Under the pieces are notes generated by a model. The model was not told the DNA's origin, ran no database searches, and worked only from the letters and a program-made list of their open reading frames with translations. The position numbers and the translations under genes are program-made. From Leucoraja erinacea (taxonomy: Eukaryota), in contig NC_073391.1 of NCBI RefSeq assembly GCF_028641065.1, positions 34,162,001 through 34,226,000 of the forward strand: a stretch of 64,000 bases of DNA, given 5' to 3'. This document shows, piece by piece, positions 60,248 through 64,000 of this stretch. Every line of letters starts with the position of its first letter. Within the stretch, counting starts at the first letter, position 1.

Positions 60248-63200
60248 AGAAACATAGAAACATAGAAAGTAGGTGCGAGAGCAGACCACCAGGTCCATCG
60301 AGCCCGCACCGCCATTCGCTCATGGCTGAACACTAAACAGACACACTTACCCACAAACAGTAGACACAAGACACAGAACACAAGACACTACCCTCCCCTT
60401 TATACCGCTATCACCCCTCTCCACCCCAAGAACCTCGTGATCTCCTGGGGGAGGCAAAAAACCGGATAAAAACCCAGGTCCAATTCGGGAAAAAAATCCG
60501 GGAAATTCCTCTCCGACCCCAATCTAGGCGATCGACACTTGTCCAGGAGATCACTCAGGTCTTACTATACTAACCATACCTAGGTCCATATCCCTGCCCT
60601 CTCCCCGTAGCCCCTTATCCCCTTGGCAGCTAAAAAAACATCTATTTTAGTCTTAAATATATTTAACGTTTCTGCTTCCACTGCTCCCTGGGGCAGTGAA
60701 TTCCATAAATTAACCACCCTCTGGGTGAAGAAGTTCTTCCTCATCTCAGTTTTAAAAGAGCCCCCCCTTATTCTGCAACTATGTCCCCTAGTTCTAGTTT
60801 CCCCGATCATTGGGAACATCCTCGGTGCATCCACCCGATCAAGGCCCCTCACGATCTTATATGTTTCAATGAGATCGCCTCTCATTCTTCTAAACTCCAA
60901 AGAGTAGAGTTCCAGCCTACTTAACCTTTCCTCATATGTCAATCCCCTCATTGCAGGAATTAATCTTGTAAACCTTCGCTGCACTGCCTCCAGGGCTAGT
61001 ACATCCTTTCTTAAGTATGGACCCCAGAACTGTACACAGTATTCCAAATGTGGTCTCACTAATACTGTGTACAGCTGCAGCAAGACCTCCGTGTTTTTAT
61101 ACTCAATCCCCCTAGCAATAAAGGCCAAAACTCCATTGGCCTTCCTGATTGCTTGCTGCACCTGCATACTAACTTTCAGTGATTCATGTACTAATACCCC
61201 TAGATCCCTTTGCGTTGCATTACAACGCAGCTCCTCCTCATTTAGAAAATAACTTGCCCTATCATTTTTTTTTCCCAAAGTGAATGACTTCACATTTATT
61301 AGTATTAAATTTCATCTGCCAAGTTGTTGCCCACTCACCTAGCTTATCTATATCCTTTTGCAGACTCTTCCTATCCTCCTCATCCCCTACTTTTCCTCCC
61401 ATTTTTGTATCGTCCGCAAATTTTGATATATTACACTTGGTTCCCTCCTCCAAATCATTTATATAAATTGTGAACAACTGGGGTCCCAGCACCGACCCTT
61501 GCGGAACCCCGCTAGTTACCGGTTGCCATCCCGAGTATGAACCATTTATCCCCACTCTCTGCTTCCTATTTGTTAGCCAATCCTCTACCCATGCTAATAT
61601 ATTACCCCCAATCCCATAATTTTTTATTTTTAGCAATAGTCTCTTTATGTGGCACCTTGTCAAAAGCCTTTTGGAAGTCCAAGTATACCACATCCACCGG
61701 TTCCCCTTTATCCACCCGGGTTGTTACTTCCTCAAAGAATTCGAGCAGATTCGTTAAACAGGACTTCCCCTTCACAAAACCATGTTGGTTCTGTCCGATG
61801 AAGTCATGTTTATCCAAGTGCCCCGTTAGTGTTTCTTTAATAATTGTCTCTAACACTTTACCCACCACCGATGTTAGACTAACCGGTCTATAGTTACCCG
61901 CCTTCTGTTTACTTACTTTTTTAAATATAGGTGTTACATTGGCCATTTTCCAATCCACTGGGACCGTTCCTGCCTCCAGGGAGTTTTGGAAAATTATCAC
62001 CAATGCATCCACAATCCCCACCGCTATCTCCCTCAAGACCCTTGGATGTAATCCATCAGGCCCAGGGGATTTATCCTCCTTCAGTCTCATTAATTTCCCT
62101 AATACCACCTCCTTGGTGATCTTAATAGTATTAAGCTCCTCCATTCCTACCGCCCCCTGTTTATCCAGCGTTGGGATATTTTTTGTGTCTTCTATGGTGA
62201 AGACTGATACAAAATACTCGTTTAATGCCTTTGCCATTTCCATGTTCCCCACCAACAACTCTCCAGTCTCACCCTCCAATGGACCAACGTTCACCTTAGC
62301 CACCCTTTTTCTTTTTATATAGCTATAAAAACTCTTACTATTAGTTTTTATGTTGTTCGCTAAATTCCTTTCATAGTCTATTTTCCCCGTCTTAATTAAT
62401 CTCTTAGTTATTTTTTGCTGACCTTTAAATGCTTCCCAATCCTCTACCCTCCCACTATCTCTGGCTACCTTATATGCCCTTGCCTTCAGCCGAATACTAT
62501 CCTTTATAGTTTTACTGAGCCATGGCTGACTGTTCTTACCCTTACCCCTTTTTTTTTCATAGGAATAAATTTTTCTTGAAGGTTATACAGTATACCCTTA
62601 AACGTACACCACTGCTCATGTACCGTCTTATTCTTGAGTCTGCTATCCCAGTCAACTTTGATCAGCTCAGTCCTCATACCTTCATAATCCCCCTTATTTA
62701 GACTAAGCACCCTAGCCTGAGTTTCAACCTGCTCCCCTTCTATTTGAATATGGAATTCGACCATATTTTGGTCACTTGTTCCCAACGAGTCCCTAACTAT
62801 GACATTTTTAATTAATCCTGCTTCATTACACAGGACCAGATCCAAGATTGCCTCCCCCCTTGTCGGTTCTGTGACATACTGTTCTAGGAACCCGTCTCTA
62901 ATACTTTCTATAAACTCTTCCTCTAGTCTACCCTGCCCAGTTTGGTTTGCCCAATTAATATGAAAATTGAAGTCCCCCATGATTACAGCAGTTCCCTTTT
63001 TACATGCGTCAACTATTTGCAGATTTATGTTCTGACTAACAGCGTCACAGCTATTTGGAGGTCTATAAATTACACCCACTAGTGTTTTTTTCCCCTTATT
63101 ATTCTCTATCTGTACCCAAGCTGTTTCACTATCCTGATCCTTCAACGCAATATCCTTCCTCTCTATTGCCGTTATTCCCTCCCTTATTAAAAGGGCCACC

Positions 63201-63432
63201 CCTCCTCCCTTTCTTTCCTGTCTATCTTTCCTAATTGTCGAGTACCCCTCTATATTTAACTCCCAGTCCTGATCCCCTTGCAGCCATGTCTCCGTAATGG
63301 CCACGATATCATAACTATATATACTTAATTGCACCGTTAATTCATTTATCTTATTACGAATACTCCGTGCATTTAGATAAAGCCCTTTCAGATGATTTTT
63401 ACTACCCTTCCTTTCCGTTTTTGCCCCTTTTA
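60248..63432 (-). mobile_element. Young CR1 LINE, 5'-truncated just upstream of the ORF2 endonuclease; near-complete ORF2 (APE + RT) with three 1-nt frameshifts
   Basis: GLYLNARS, ITETWL, MGDFN, NYRPVSLTS, YLDFQKAFDKVPH, GVPQGSVLGP, FADD; (TTTCTATG)n tail at 60248-60268; splits an older Rex1-like 3'UTR, with CATT at both junctions. Confidence 0.95.
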
Positions 63433-64000
63433 CATTGTTGATAGAATGGTTCAGTTGCCTGAATAGTACAGCACAGAAACAGGCCATTCAGCCCACAATA
63501 CCCGTGCCGAACATGATGCCAAGTTAAAATAATCTCCTCTGCCTGCACGTGATCTATATTCCTCCATCCCTTGCATATCCACGTGCCAATGAAAAGGGTC
63601 TTAAACACCACTATCATATCTATTCCATCACCCCCCGGCAGTGCATTCCAGGCACCCACCACCCTCTGTGTAAATAATCGTTTCCTGCACATCTCCTTTG
63701 TAAAATGCATCCTACACTTCTTATATGAAATAATTTCCTTATGCTCTTTGTTTGTATAGCATATTGCGATTGTATTTCAATTATCCTGTACATGCAATGT
63801 ATCCCAAAGTCCTGCCGACACCAACCAGGAACTGCATGTACCCTGGACCTTGTATGTAACACACTGCTCCTATCTGTATTGTGCTGCATTGTCACACACA
63901 ATCTACGCTGCATTCTGCACCACTCCATACAAAACGTGTTCAAGTTCCACGTGGGTGTGGAATAAATTAGCATAAACCCTGCAGTGCATGGTGCTGGACT

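Noticed and set aside
49175-64000. Further upstream FBXW4 exons (F-box and earlier WD repeats)
   Set aside because: None found by eye; they presumably lie beyond the window end

Overview
Repeat-rich vertebrate genomic DNA. The repeat complement (V-SINEs, CR1, Penelope, Rex1-like) suggests a cartilaginous fish, probably a skate or ray (inference). The window holds the conserved POLL-DPCD-FBXW4 block, which lies next to FGF8 in human (the SHFM3 locus). POLL is complete on the minus strand: 7 coding exons, 1749 nt, 582 aa, plus a probable non-coding exon 1. DPCD is complete on the plus strand: 6 exons, 612 nt, 203 aa, sharing a CpG-island bidirectional promoter with POLL. The last four coding exons of FBXW4 lie on the minus strand, convergent with DPCD; its upstream exons lie beyond position 64000. 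All exon boundaries were read by hand, are GT-AG and keep frame. The most unusual signal is a family of short Penelope-derived insertions that carry a minimal hammerhead-ribozyme motif (CTGAAGA-A-GGGTC-TC-GACCC-GAAAC-GTC). They often form fold-back hairpins, are bounded by 13-14 bp target-site duplications (TSDs), and one encloses a foreign LINE fragment. Other notable items: an RFX X-box just upstream of the DPCD start, several repeat-free motif-dense blocks in FBXW4 introns (candidate Fgf8 enhancers), an RTE/BovB-like insertion with a 17-bp TSD, a Vingi-like element with an inversion, and a near-intact CR1 ORF2. There are no prokaryotic-type systems, and novelty cannot be confirmed without database searches.
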